Below are positions 34,219-42,356 of a stretch of DNA of 64,000 nucleotides, in pieces. The notes beneath the pieces are model-generated. The model made no database searches. It worked only from the letters and a program-made list of their open reading frames with translations, and was not told the DNA's origin. The DNA lies in NCBI GenBank assembly GCA_012838065.1, contig DUPY01000025.1:21785-85784 (forward strand), read 5' to 3'. Numbering within the stretch: position 1 is the stretch's first letter; every line of letters begins with the position of its first letter. The DNA is from Acholeplasma sp. (lineage in GTDB: Bacteria > Bacillota_I > Bacilli_A > Acholeplasmatales > Acholeplasmataceae). Position numbers and translations under genes: made by a program.

Positions 34219-35340
34219 ATGATTACAGTTAAAAAAGTCGAATCTAGACGCGAACAAAGATTATTCACGGAATTTCCTAACAAATTATACAAAAATGTTC
34301 CCGCATTCGTTCCTGCATTATCTATGGATGAGATGAACGTTTTTAATCCGAAAAAAAATCCCGCACATGAATATTGTGAAAGCATACGCTTCTTAGCATA
34401 TCGTGGTAAAAAAATCGTTGGACGAATTGCAGGCATTATTAACTACAAATGGAACGAAGCGAAAAACACAAAAACAGCAAGATTTACACGCATTGATATG
34501 ATTGATGACATCCATGTAACAAAAGCCTTAATTGATGCTGTTACAAATTGGGGTAAATCCAAGGGTATGGATACACTCATTGGACCGATTGGTTTTACCG
34601 ATATGGATCGAATGGGTATGCTTGTTGAAGGTTTTGATGAACTCAATATGTTTATTACAATTTACAACCACCCATATTATAACGACCACTTAAAAGCACT
34701 TGGATTTGAAAAAGATGTCGACTGGTTAGAAAAACGTATTACTTGGCCACAGGAGCCCGTAGATAAAATTACACGAGGCGCTGAAATTACAAGAAAACGT
34801 TTTGGCTATAGACTATATAAACCAAAAAATAAAAAAGATATTATGAAACATGTCTATGAAGCATTTGATATGTATAATATCGCTTTTAACGATTTATATG
34901 GATTCTTCCCATTAACTCGAAAAGTGATGGATTACTATATTAAACAAATGATTGCATTAGTGCATTATGACTACATTTGGTTTGTTTTTGATAAGGAAGA
35001 TAAAATCGCAGGTTTTGGTGTAATCATGCCTTCACTTGCAAAAGCTAATAAAAAAAGTAATGGTAAGTTGTTCCCACTTGGTGCCTTGCGTTTATTAAAA
35101 GCTGTTAAATCTCAACATGAAGTTATTGATTTTTACTTTATTGCTGTAGCACCTGAACATCAAGGTAAAGGTGTATTATCACTCATTTTTGAAGATGGTT
35201 TAAAAATGGGGTGGAAAAATGGGGTTAAATTTGCTGAAACAGGTCCAGAACTTGAAGAAAACCATGCCATTCATAATCAATGGAAAGACTTTGACTACGT
35301 TGAACACAAACGTAGACGTTGTTACATCAAAAAAATATAA
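34219..35340 (+). CDS. Two-lobed GNAT-fold acyltransferase-like protein (uncharacterised family)
   Basis: 373 aa. The C-terminal lobe has an acetyl-CoA-binding-like motif (FIAVAPEHQGKGVLSLIF). The N-terminal FPNKLYKNVPAFVPAL...NP string is conserved in a widespread uncharacterised GNAT-related family as I remember it. Not verified. Confidence 0.6.
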   Translation: MITVKKVESRREQRLFTEFPNKLYKNVPAFVPALSMDEMNVFNPKKNPAHEYCESIRFLAYRGKKIVGRIAGIINYKWNEAKNTKTARFTRIDMIDDIHVTKALIDAVTNWGKSKGMDTLIGPIGFTDMDRMGMLVEGFDELNMFITIYNHPYYNDHLKALGFEKDVDWLEKRITWPQEPVDKITRGAEITRKRFGYRLYKPKNKKDIMKHVYEAFDMYNIAFNDLYGFFPLTRKVMDYYIKQMIALVHYDYIWFVFDKEDKIAGFGVIMPSLAKANKKSNGKLFPLGALRLLKAVKSQHEVIDFYFIAVAPEHQGKGVLSLIFEDGLKMGWKNGVKFAETGPELEENHAIHNQWKDFDYVEHKRRRCYIKKI

Positions 35341-35346
35341 ACAATT

Positions 35347-35372
35347 AAAGGCGATTGAATCGCCTTTTTTTT
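35347..35372 (+). terminator. Rho-independent terminator after the GNAT-like gene
   Basis: AAAGGCGAT-tgaa-TCGCCTTT followed by T8. Confidence 0.8.
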
Positions 35373-35396
35373 ATAAAAAAGAGCCTTAACGGCTCT
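35373..35396 (-). terminator. Probable terminator after the alpha/beta hydrolase gene
   Basis: GAGCC-ttaac-GGCTC hairpin overlapping the stop. On the minus strand it is followed by T6-7. Confidence 0.55.
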
Positions 35397-36186
35397 ATAA
35401 TCTTTCAACTATCCATTCTTTACAATCTTCAAAAACTTCTTCTTTTATATATTCATTAAATAATTCGTGTTTTGCATGATCATATGTAAGTAAAATTTTA
35501 TCTAAAGATTTATTTTTTAAAAACGTTTTTTCAGAAATTACCGGTTCAACAATATGGTCATCTTTCCCATGAATATAAAGAATCGGTGTTTTAAATGATG
35601 TCAAACTTTTTTGAATATACTTTGCACCTTTAACCATCATTTCGCCAATTAATTTAATGTACATAAATTTTAAATTGAGTGGATCACTTAAATTGTCTTC
35701 CTTGACATTGGGGTCATAGGATAAATGATCGGCAAACATTTTAGATGATATTTTAACAAATCCTATATACCAAAAACCAATATATTTTAAAACTCGTGAA
35801 CTTTTTGGAGTGTTTGATGCGGCAGCGGATGATATGATACCATCAACATCATGATATTTCGCTTCGTACATATGCACAATTGCACCGCCCATAGAGTGAC
35901 CAATCAAAAATACTTTTTGATTATTTAATGTTTTTACATGTTTTACAACTTCATGTAAATCATCAATATGGTCATGGAATGATTTTACATAGCCACGTTT
36001 ACCACCACTTTTACCATGACCTCTAAGGTCATAAGTTATCACATTAAAGCCATTGTCATAAAAATATTTTACAACATGTTTATAGCGTCCAGAGTGCTCT
36101 GCAATTCCATGAACGATAATTAGATTCGCTTTTGAATTTTTCACTAAATGTTCTGTTACAAAAATATCAATTCCATTTATATACAT
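35395..36186 (-). CDS. Alpha/beta hydrolase (monoacylglycerol lipase / lysophospholipase-like)
   Basis: HGIAEHSGRY oxyanion region, GHSMGG nucleophile elbow, and a C-terminal D...H (GKDDHIV, HAKHEL). Confidence 0.8.
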   Translation of the reverse strand: MYINGIDIFVTEHLVKNSKANLIIVHGIAEHSGRYKHVVKYFYDNGFNVITYDLRGHGKSGGKRGYVKSFHDHIDDLHEVVKHVKTLNNQKVFLIGHSMGGAIVHMYEAKYHDVDGIISSAAASNTPKSSRVLKYIGFWYIGFVKISSKMFADHLSYDPNVKEDNLSDPLNLKFMYIKLIGEMMVKGAKYIQKSLTSFKTPILYIHGKDDHIVEPVISEKTFLKNKSLDKILLTYDHAKHELFNEYIKEEVFEDCKEWIVERL

Positions 36187-36196
36187 AGTTACACCT

Positions 36197-37060
36197 CTAA
36201 TAAGGATTCACATGAACCATACAATGAAGCACTTCCTCAAATTCTAATTCTATTTTATCATGAACTGCCTCAGCAACGCTATGACTTTCTTCCAATGTTA
36301 AATGACTAGGCAACGAAATTTCAACATCAATGTATAATCCACTCATGTGTTTTCTCACCTTTAAATCATCTACATGGAGTTTATCATCCACACTTAAAAT
36401 CATTTGTTTAATAGCTTTCACAGTTGTTTTCGGTGGTGCTTCATCAACCAAATAGCTAATAGCTTCTTTTACAATTAAATTACCAGCTCTTAAAATAAAT
36501 AAACCAATGAGCACTGAGGCAATTAAATCTACATAATGGATATTAAATCGAGTTAAAACGATGCCAATTAAACTTGCTGACGTTGCTAAAATATCACTTA
36601 AGTGATTGTAACTATCAGCTTTTAAGCTAGGTGAGGAAAAAGTTTTACCATATGTACGGTAAAATCGAAACAAAACAACTTTTAGTATAACCGATAAAAA
36701 AACGACATATAAAGTATATATTTCCGGCTTTATCAATTGTGATTTTTGATAATTAATGATATCAATTACATTTGTTCCAACAATTATGATAGATGTAAGA
36801 ATAAGAAAAATTCCAATTACAAAATAGAAAACACCTTCATATTTTTGATGTCCATACGGATGATCTTTGTCGGGTGCTTTATTTGCAACTCTTACAATAA
36901 AAAACATTCCGATTGCAATTAAAACATCTGTTAACGAATTGATTCCATCGAACATTAATGATTGTGCATTACCTAGTATACCTGCAACAATTTTAATAAT
37001 TGCAAGTGCTGAACTTACAACAATGCCAATTAAGATGACATCGGTAACTCTTTTTATCAT
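36197..37060 (-). CDS. Cation diffusion facilitator family transporter
   Basis: Six TM helices, DSLTD-type and HxxxD-type metal sites (INSLTDV, HLSDILAT), the HPYGHQKYE loop and a C-terminal cytoplasmic domain. Confidence 0.85.
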   Translation of the reverse strand: MIKRVTDVILIGIVVSSALAIIKIVAGILGNAQSLMFDGINSLTDVLIAIGMFFIVRVANKAPDKDHPYGHQKYEGVFYFVIGIFLILTSIIIVGTNVIDIINYQKSQLIKPEIYTLYVVFLSVILKVVLFRFYRTYGKTFSSPSLKADSYNHLSDILATSASLIGIVLTRFNIHYVDLIASVLIGLFILRAGNLIVKEAISYLVDEAPPKTTVKAIKQMILSVDDKLHVDDLKVRKHMSGLYIDVEISLPSHLTLEESHSVAEAVHDKIELEFEEVLHCMVHVNPY

Positions 37061-37062
37061 AT

Positions 37063-38052
37063 CTACTTACCAAAAATTAAATGAATAATTTCTTCCTTTG
37101 ATATTGTTCCAAAATAATGTAATAAATTAAATTTTGATAATACATTATTTACATCTTCAAATTGGTACTTTGTACCAATCAAGGCTTGCTCAACATCCTT
37201 AACATCTTTTAAGCTTAAAAAATCACCTAAAAATTGAATATCCTTAATTATGTTATCTTCAATATCTAAATGAATAATAACCTTACCGCCAGAAAAGCGT
37301 TTTTCATTTTTCAGATCATGTTTTGGTGATTTTCCGTAAATCCATTCCCACGTTCTAAATTTTTCATCCGCAAGTTTATTTACCGCTTCGATATCTTTTT
37401 CCGTCAATTTAATTTCTTCATCTTTACCTTCGTTCGATAAGAAATATTGTAGTTTATCCCAAAACACATGAATACCTTCATCTTTCGGCATATGTTCTTT
37501 AATATTTGTAACCCTAGAACGAATGGACTTAATACCTTTAGATACAATTTTATCTGGATCCACATTTAGCGCTTCAACTAAAACTTCTAAATTAACGTCA
37601 TACAACAATGTCCCGTGATGCATGAGGCGCCCTTTGTAAAGGCTTTGCGCTTGGCCTGATACTTTTAGTCCGTTTATCGCAATATCATTCCTACCGCTAA
37701 TCTCAGCGTTTACACCCATAGATGCGAGTGCTTTGATGATTGGTTCAGAGTATTTACGATAATTAACATCTTTTGGATCTTTTACATTTGTAATAATCGT
37801 AAAGTTTAAGTTACCTAAATCGTGGTAAACTGCACCGCCACCAGAGACTCTTCGAGCTACTTTAATGTTTTTTTCTTTAACAAATGGTTCATTTATTTCT
37901 GCCAATGCGCTTTGGTTGTTTCCGATGATGATGGCATTATCATTTTGCCAAAGAAAGAAAAAATCTTCGTCGCATTCAATATGCTTCATTGCATATTCAT
38001 CAAGCGCTAAGTTAAAATATGGATCCGTTGATTTATTAATAATATATTTCAT
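37063..38052 (-). CDS. lplA: Lipoate--protein ligase
   Basis: RRVSGGGAVYHDLGNLNF lipoyl-AMP binding motif and KVSGQAQ lysine motif. 329 aa with the C-terminal accessory domain. Confidence 0.9.
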   Translation of the reverse strand: MKYIINKSTDPYFNLALDEYAMKHIECDEDFFFLWQNDNAIIIGNNQSALAEINEPFVKEKNIKVARRVSGGGAVYHDLGNLNFTIITNVKDPKDVNYRKYSEPIIKALASMGVNAEISGRNDIAINGLKVSGQAQSLYKGRLMHHGTLLYDVNLEVLVEALNVDPDKIVSKGIKSIRSRVTNIKEHMPKDEGIHVFWDKLQYFLSNEGKDEEIKLTEKDIEAVNKLADEKFRTWEWIYGKSPKHDLKNEKRFSGGKVIIHLDIEDNIIKDIQFLGDFLSLKDVKDVEQALIGTKYQFEDVNNVLSKFNLLHYFGTISKEEIIHLIFGK

Positions 38053-38062
38053 GATTATCCTC

Positions 38063-39643
38063 CTAGTATTTTAGGTCTAAATATTCGTCATAGGTCATTT
38101 TATAATCTAATACAGTCCCATCATCTTTAATTTCAATAATACGATTTGCCGTTGTTTGAATCAACTCACGATCGTGTGAGCTTATTAATATAACACCAGT
38201 AAATTGAATAAGTCCTTTATTTAATGCCGTAATGGACTCCATATCTAAATGATTTGTTGGTTCGTCTAAAATAAGTAAATTTGGTGCTTCAATCATCATT
38301 TTTGCAATCATCGATCGCACACGTTCGCCACCACTTAACACACCCATTTTCTTTAAAGCATCTTCGCCACTAAATAGCATTCTCCCCAGAAAACTACGAA
38401 CATACGTTTGTTCTTGATTTGGTGAAAACTGTTGTAAAAAGTCAAAGACGGTTAAGTCTTTATTAAAATGTATATCTTTTGAAAAGAACGATTTTCTTAC
38501 CGTTTCTCCAAATTTGTATGTGCCACTTGTTGGTTCTAGTGTACCATTGAGTATTTTAAAAAGTGCTGATGTTACTAGGTCGTTATTTGCAATAAAAGCA
38601 ACTTTATCCTCCTGACCTAATACCAAATTCATATTGTTTATTAACGTCTTCCCGTCGACCACATAACTAAAGTCTTCAATCGTTAAAATATCTGTACCAA
38701 GTGGTCGTTCAACCTTAAAATTAATGTATGGATAACGCCTACTTGATGGTTCCAGTGTTTGAATTTCGATTTTTTCCAGTGCTTTCTTACGTGATGTCGC
38801 TTGCCGTGATTTTGAGGCATTTGCACTAAATCTTGCGATAAATTCTTGAAGTTCTTTAATTTTTTCTTCTGCTTTTTTATTTGCATCCTTCATTTGGTTT
38901 TTAATAAGTTCACTTGTTTCATACCAAAAATCATAATTTCCTGCATATAGTTTTATCATACCATAATCAATATCTGCAATGTGTGTACATACTTTATTTA
39001 AAAAATGTCGATCGTGTGAAACGACGATAATTGTATTTTTAAAGTTAATTAAAAACTCCTCTAAAAAGCGAATTGCGTGAATATCAAGGTCATTTGTTGG
39101 TTCATCTAATAATAAAATATCAGGATTACCAAATAAAGCCTGTGCAAGTAAGACTTTAACCTTATCTTCAGCTTTTAAATTTTTCATTTGCATGTCATGG
39201 TATTGAACATCAACACCAAGGCCACTTAATAATATCGCTGCATCGCTTTCCGCGTTCCAACCATCCATTTCATCAAATAAAGCTTCAAGTTCGCCAGCGA
39301 TAATACCATCTTCTTCATTAAAGTCCTCTTTTAAATAGATGGCTTCACGTTTAACTTTTGTTTCATAAAGCTTTGTATTACCTTTAATGACACAGTCAAT
39401 AACGAAGTCTTCGTCGTAGGCGTGATGGTCTTGTCGTAAAAAAGATAAACGCTTATCGCTTGGGTAATAGACGTTACCCTTTGATGTTTCTAATTCGCCA
39501 CTAAGAAGTTTTAAGAATGTTGATTTACCAGCTCCATTGGCACCAATAACACCATAACATCCACCTTCTTGAAATTTAAGATTTACATCTTCAAAGAGTG
39601 GTTTTTTTCCAAGTTGTAAAGTAACATTTTGTAAAGTAATCAT
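38063..39643 (-). CDS. ABC-F family ATPase (tandem NBDs, no TM domain)
   Basis: Two NBDs (GANGAGKST/LLLDEPTNDLD and a degenerate first-loop second NBD with LSGGERVR/LILDEPTNHLD), joined by a charged linker (KDANKKAEEKIKELQEF). Confidence 0.9.
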   Translation of the reverse strand: MITLQNVTLQLGKKPLFEDVNLKFQEGGCYGVIGANGAGKSTFLKLLSGELETSKGNVYYPSDKRLSFLRQDHHAYDEDFVIDCVIKGNTKLYETKVKREAIYLKEDFNEEDGIIAGELEALFDEMDGWNAESDAAILLSGLGVDVQYHDMQMKNLKAEDKVKVLLAQALFGNPDILLLDEPTNDLDIHAIRFLEEFLINFKNTIIVVSHDRHFLNKVCTHIADIDYGMIKLYAGNYDFWYETSELIKNQMKDANKKAEEKIKELQEFIARFSANASKSRQATSRKKALEKIEIQTLEPSSRRYPYINFKVERPLGTDILTIEDFSYVVDGKTLINNMNLVLGQEDKVAFIANNDLVTSALFKILNGTLEPTSGTYKFGETVRKSFFSKDIHFNKDLTVFDFLQQFSPNQEQTYVRSFLGRMLFSGEDALKKMGVLSGGERVRSMIAKMMIEAPNLLILDEPTNHLDMESITALNKGLIQFTGVILISSHDRELIQTTANRIIEIKDDGTVLDYKMTYDEYLDLKY

Positions 39644-39646
39644 TTT

Positions 39647-40324
39647 TTATCCTTTATATATCCCTTTTTTATCATAATGTTTACGTGCACTAAATAGAGG
39701 TAGAACTTTTCCTTCTGTATAAATGATAACTCCATCGTCTGGCAACGTGTAAATGTCTTTTTTTGTCATACGATGCATACGTTTCATCGCACGTTTTTGT
39801 CTTCTTTTCTTTTTATAATGAACTTCAATAATAAAATCATCAATCATATGAAGTCCTTCATTTAAAGAAAATGTTTTATAGTCATCATCAATTGAGATGT
39901 GAAAGTTTTTAAATTGAATCATCGCACCGGCACTAGACCCAGCAACAATTTTATCGTGAGCTTCAATTGTTTCAAGTAAACCTTTTTCCTTGATTCGCGC
40001 CATCATTTGGTCAGGTGCGCCACCAGGAAAATATAGAATATCCGCATCTTTAATTACATTTAAACTTTCTTTTGCTGACATTTTATAGTAGTAAACAAAA
40101 TGAATGTTCTTCTCATCAATGTCATATGTTTTAAACATCTCAAGCATTTTAATGTAATACTCACCATTTTTACCATAGTAATCAAAATATTTTTTTTCAT
40201 CCATTGGTGCAAAAAAAGAAAATGCAATAATAGCCACTTTCATATCTTTTTTTATATAGTTTGTTAAATGTTTGCGAACATGTGGTTCGCCAAGTATTGA
40301 ACGACTTGTTAAAATATTCACCAT
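39647..40324 (-). CDS. Peptidase S51 / dipeptidase-E-like (class I glutamine-amidotransferase-like fold)
   Basis: YFPGGAPDQMM and AGSSAGAMI (nucleophile Ser) strings. I place the start at ATG 40324 (MVNILTS), preceded by AAAGGAGG. The upstream ATG at 40366 lacks an RBS. Confidence 0.75.
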   Translation of the reverse strand: MVNILTSRSILGEPHVRKHLTNYIKKDMKVAIIAFSFFAPMDEKKYFDYYGKNGEYYIKMLEMFKTYDIDEKNIHFVYYYKMSAKESLNVIKDADILYFPGGAPDQMMARIKEKGLLETIEAHDKIVAGSSAGAMIQFKNFHISIDDDYKTFSLNEGLHMIDDFIIEVHYKKKRRQKRAMKRMHRMTKKDIYTLPDDGVIIYTEGKVLPLFSARKHYDKKGIYKG

Positions 40325-40365
40325 TTCAGTACCTCCTTTAAGAATAAAAGTCGCAACTGCGACCA

Positions 40366-41010
40366 TTAATCTTTTGTGATATAATCAACTTCTAATTTTT
40401 GCATTTTTTCAATGTCGTCTAAGTTTTTTAATGTCCATACATTTACTTTAAGTCCTGCCCTGTGTGCTTTATGAACAACATACATATCAACATATTGATA
40501 ATGAAGTGCTAAATTCAAGTTGAATCGTTTAGCTTCCTCAAATAATGGTTCCGTTAATTCACCTGCAAGTAAGTGAAGTTCAGCCTCACTTAATACTCGT
40601 AAATACTTTAAATATGTCAAATTAAAAGAAATAATGGCATATCTTAAATTTTCAAATAAGTTAATTGTATCAAGCAATGTCATAAGATCCTCAAGTTCAA
40701 AGACTTGTTTAACTTCAATGATTGCTTTTTTGTTATGCGTCTTACAAATAGTTAAAAATTCTTGGAGAGAAATTAAATCGCCTCCAAGCATTTTATCTAA
40801 TGTATCAAAAGACTCATCTTTGATTTTTACATCCAAATTATAGATACGTTTGAGTGTGTCATCATGATGGACAACAAATAAGCGATCTTTTGTCATATGT
40901 ATGTCGCATTCAATCGCATCATATTCATCACTCAATGCTGCAGCCATAAATGCTTTTTTTGTATTTTCAACCGCATCTTTTTTTAATCCACGGTGCGCAA
41001 TAAAAACCAT
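40366..41010 (-). CDS. Glycerophosphodiester phosphodiesterase
   Basis: FIAHRGL...ENT and ECDIHMTKDRLFVVHHD, the GDPD catalytic His/Glu/Asp motifs. Confidence 0.85.
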   Translation of the reverse strand: MVFIAHRGLKKDAVENTKKAFMAAALSDEYDAIECDIHMTKDRLFVVHHDDTLKRIYNLDVKIKDESFDTLDKMLGGDLISLQEFLTICKTHNKKAIIEVKQVFELEDLMTLLDTINLFENLRYAIISFNLTYLKYLRVLSEAELHLLAGELTEPLFEEAKRFNLNLALHYQYVDMYVVHKAHRAGLKVNVWTLKNLDDIEKMQKLEVDYITKD

Positions 41011-41033
41011 AATCTGTATTTTTCCTTATCTGC

Positions 41034-41234
41034 TTATCCTTTTTTTTGTACGAGAGGAATCATAATTTTTTGATCGATAACCTCTGGATATGGGTAAGCT
41101 TCTTCACGCATTCTTTTATAAAGAACGTAAATTAATCCTCTTTCTTTATCAATTCTTGTAACAACGCCAGGGTTCTTTTCATTTTCAACTCTAACGCGCT
41201 CGCCTATTAAGTAGGTCTCATCATTCCATGCCAT
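41034..41234 (-). CDS. Small (66 aa) soluble protein, unknown function
   Basis: Strong RBS (GGAGG 7 nt upstream of the ATG) and an extended -10 element upstream. Beta-rich string, possibly an SH3/Tudor-like barrel (inference only). Confidence 0.55.
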   Translation of the reverse strand: MAWNDETYLIGERVRVENEKNPGVVTRIDKERGLIYVLYKRMREEAYPYPEVIDQKIMIPLVQKKG

Positions 41235-41259
41235 AAAATACCTCCATTTAATCCTTTTG

Positions 41260-41268
41260 TATTATATC
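41260..41268 (-). promoter_or_regulatory. Extended -10 element (TGATATAAT) upstream of the 66-aa ORF
   Basis: The minus strand reads TGaTATAAT about 25 nt upstream of ATG 41234. No clear -35. Confidence 0.4.
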
Positions 41269-41303
41269 ATAATTTCAATAAATGTTGTTATATAAACGTT
41301 AGA

Positions 41304-42356
41304 TCACGACTTTTTTCTTGGTACAAACGCTTTTATTGTTGAACCAATTAAATAAACCTTTGTTTCATCGGTCTGATTATTTAAAAAATTAAATAATTTG
41401 ATGACATATGGTGATTCAGTATGACTAAGCAATACATTCACATCGTGTTTGTGTAATGGATGATCAAAGTCATGTAAGTTTTCTAAATAGGGTAATAAGT
41501 CGTGATTTTTATCTAAAAATTTATAAGTTGCCGACAGTATTTTTGGTACTTTCGCATACGGCAAATTTAGTCTACGACGGTCTAAGTCTAGAGCAATCTT
41601 ATATAGTTTAATAATTTGTGTACTTAAAATATAATTTACAAACGTTTCTAATTCTAAATCTTCTTCATGCCACTTGAAACACACTTTTACGAGATTCAAA
41701 CGCCAAATCAAGCGGTGATTAGGGTTTTTAACTCCGTAAACATCGTAAAATGTTTTTTCAATTTTTTCAAGTAAATGCATTTGTCGTGTTTGATATAAAT
41801 CGAAAATAAGTTCCGGTAGAATCGTTCCACCAACATCGGTTTTCAAAAACACTAACAAGTCTTTCAAGAGTACATCTTTTTCCAAGTGATAAGCGCGAAT
41901 AAGTTTGGCGATTGAAACATCTTGGAATACCGTATCGATCACATTTTTATCATAAACATACGTTTTGTATTTTAAGTTTTCGTTAGTTAACTGGTCTAAA
42001 TCTAAAATTGAAAAACCAATTTTTCCTTGATCATACGTGCGATTCGTTGGATGGCCAACAATATCGTTGCGTATATATTTCAATTGGTGCATAATTTTGT
42101 TTTGGTTGATGTTGATATAATATTTGTTCGCTGTTATACCTATTGATAAATCATAAAGACTATCTACACCAACAAATAACGCTTGTAAAAGACCAAAAAC
42201 TTTTAATAAAATATCGCCTTTTTCGAAAGCTTCAAACTTAAAATAACGATCAACCATCAAATCGACGTTTTCCAGCATTAAATACGCCGAAATCATTCGG
42301 TGATTTCTACCGTTATTCATTTTGTCTAAGAATGGGCGTAAATCTTTTAAACTCAT
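41304..42356 (-). CDS. All-alpha 350-aa protein with HEPN-type R-N-x4-H motif; unknown function
   Basis: ATGA stop/start overlap with the 1000-aa ORF. The string KYIRNDIVGHPTNR (R96...H102, nt 42051-42071) fits the HEPN Rx4-6H consensus, with the usual polar residue after Arg. The coding call is solid. The functional call is tentative. Confidence 0.6.
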   Translation of the reverse strand: MSLKDLRPFLDKMNNGRNHRMISAYLMLENVDLMVDRYFKFEAFEKGDILLKVFGLLQALFVGVDSLYDLSIGITANKYYININQNKIMHQLKYIRNDIVGHPTNRTYDQGKIGFSILDLDQLTNENLKYKTYVYDKNVIDTVFQDVSIAKLIRAYHLEKDVLLKDLLVFLKTDVGGTILPELIFDLYQTRQMHLLEKIEKTFYDVYGVKNPNHRLIWRLNLVKVCFKWHEEDLELETFVNYILSTQIIKLYKIALDLDRRRLNLPYAKVPKILSATYKFLDKNHDLLPYLENLHDFDHPLHKHDVNVLLSHTESPYVIKLFNFLNNQTDETKVYLIGSTIKAFVPRKKS

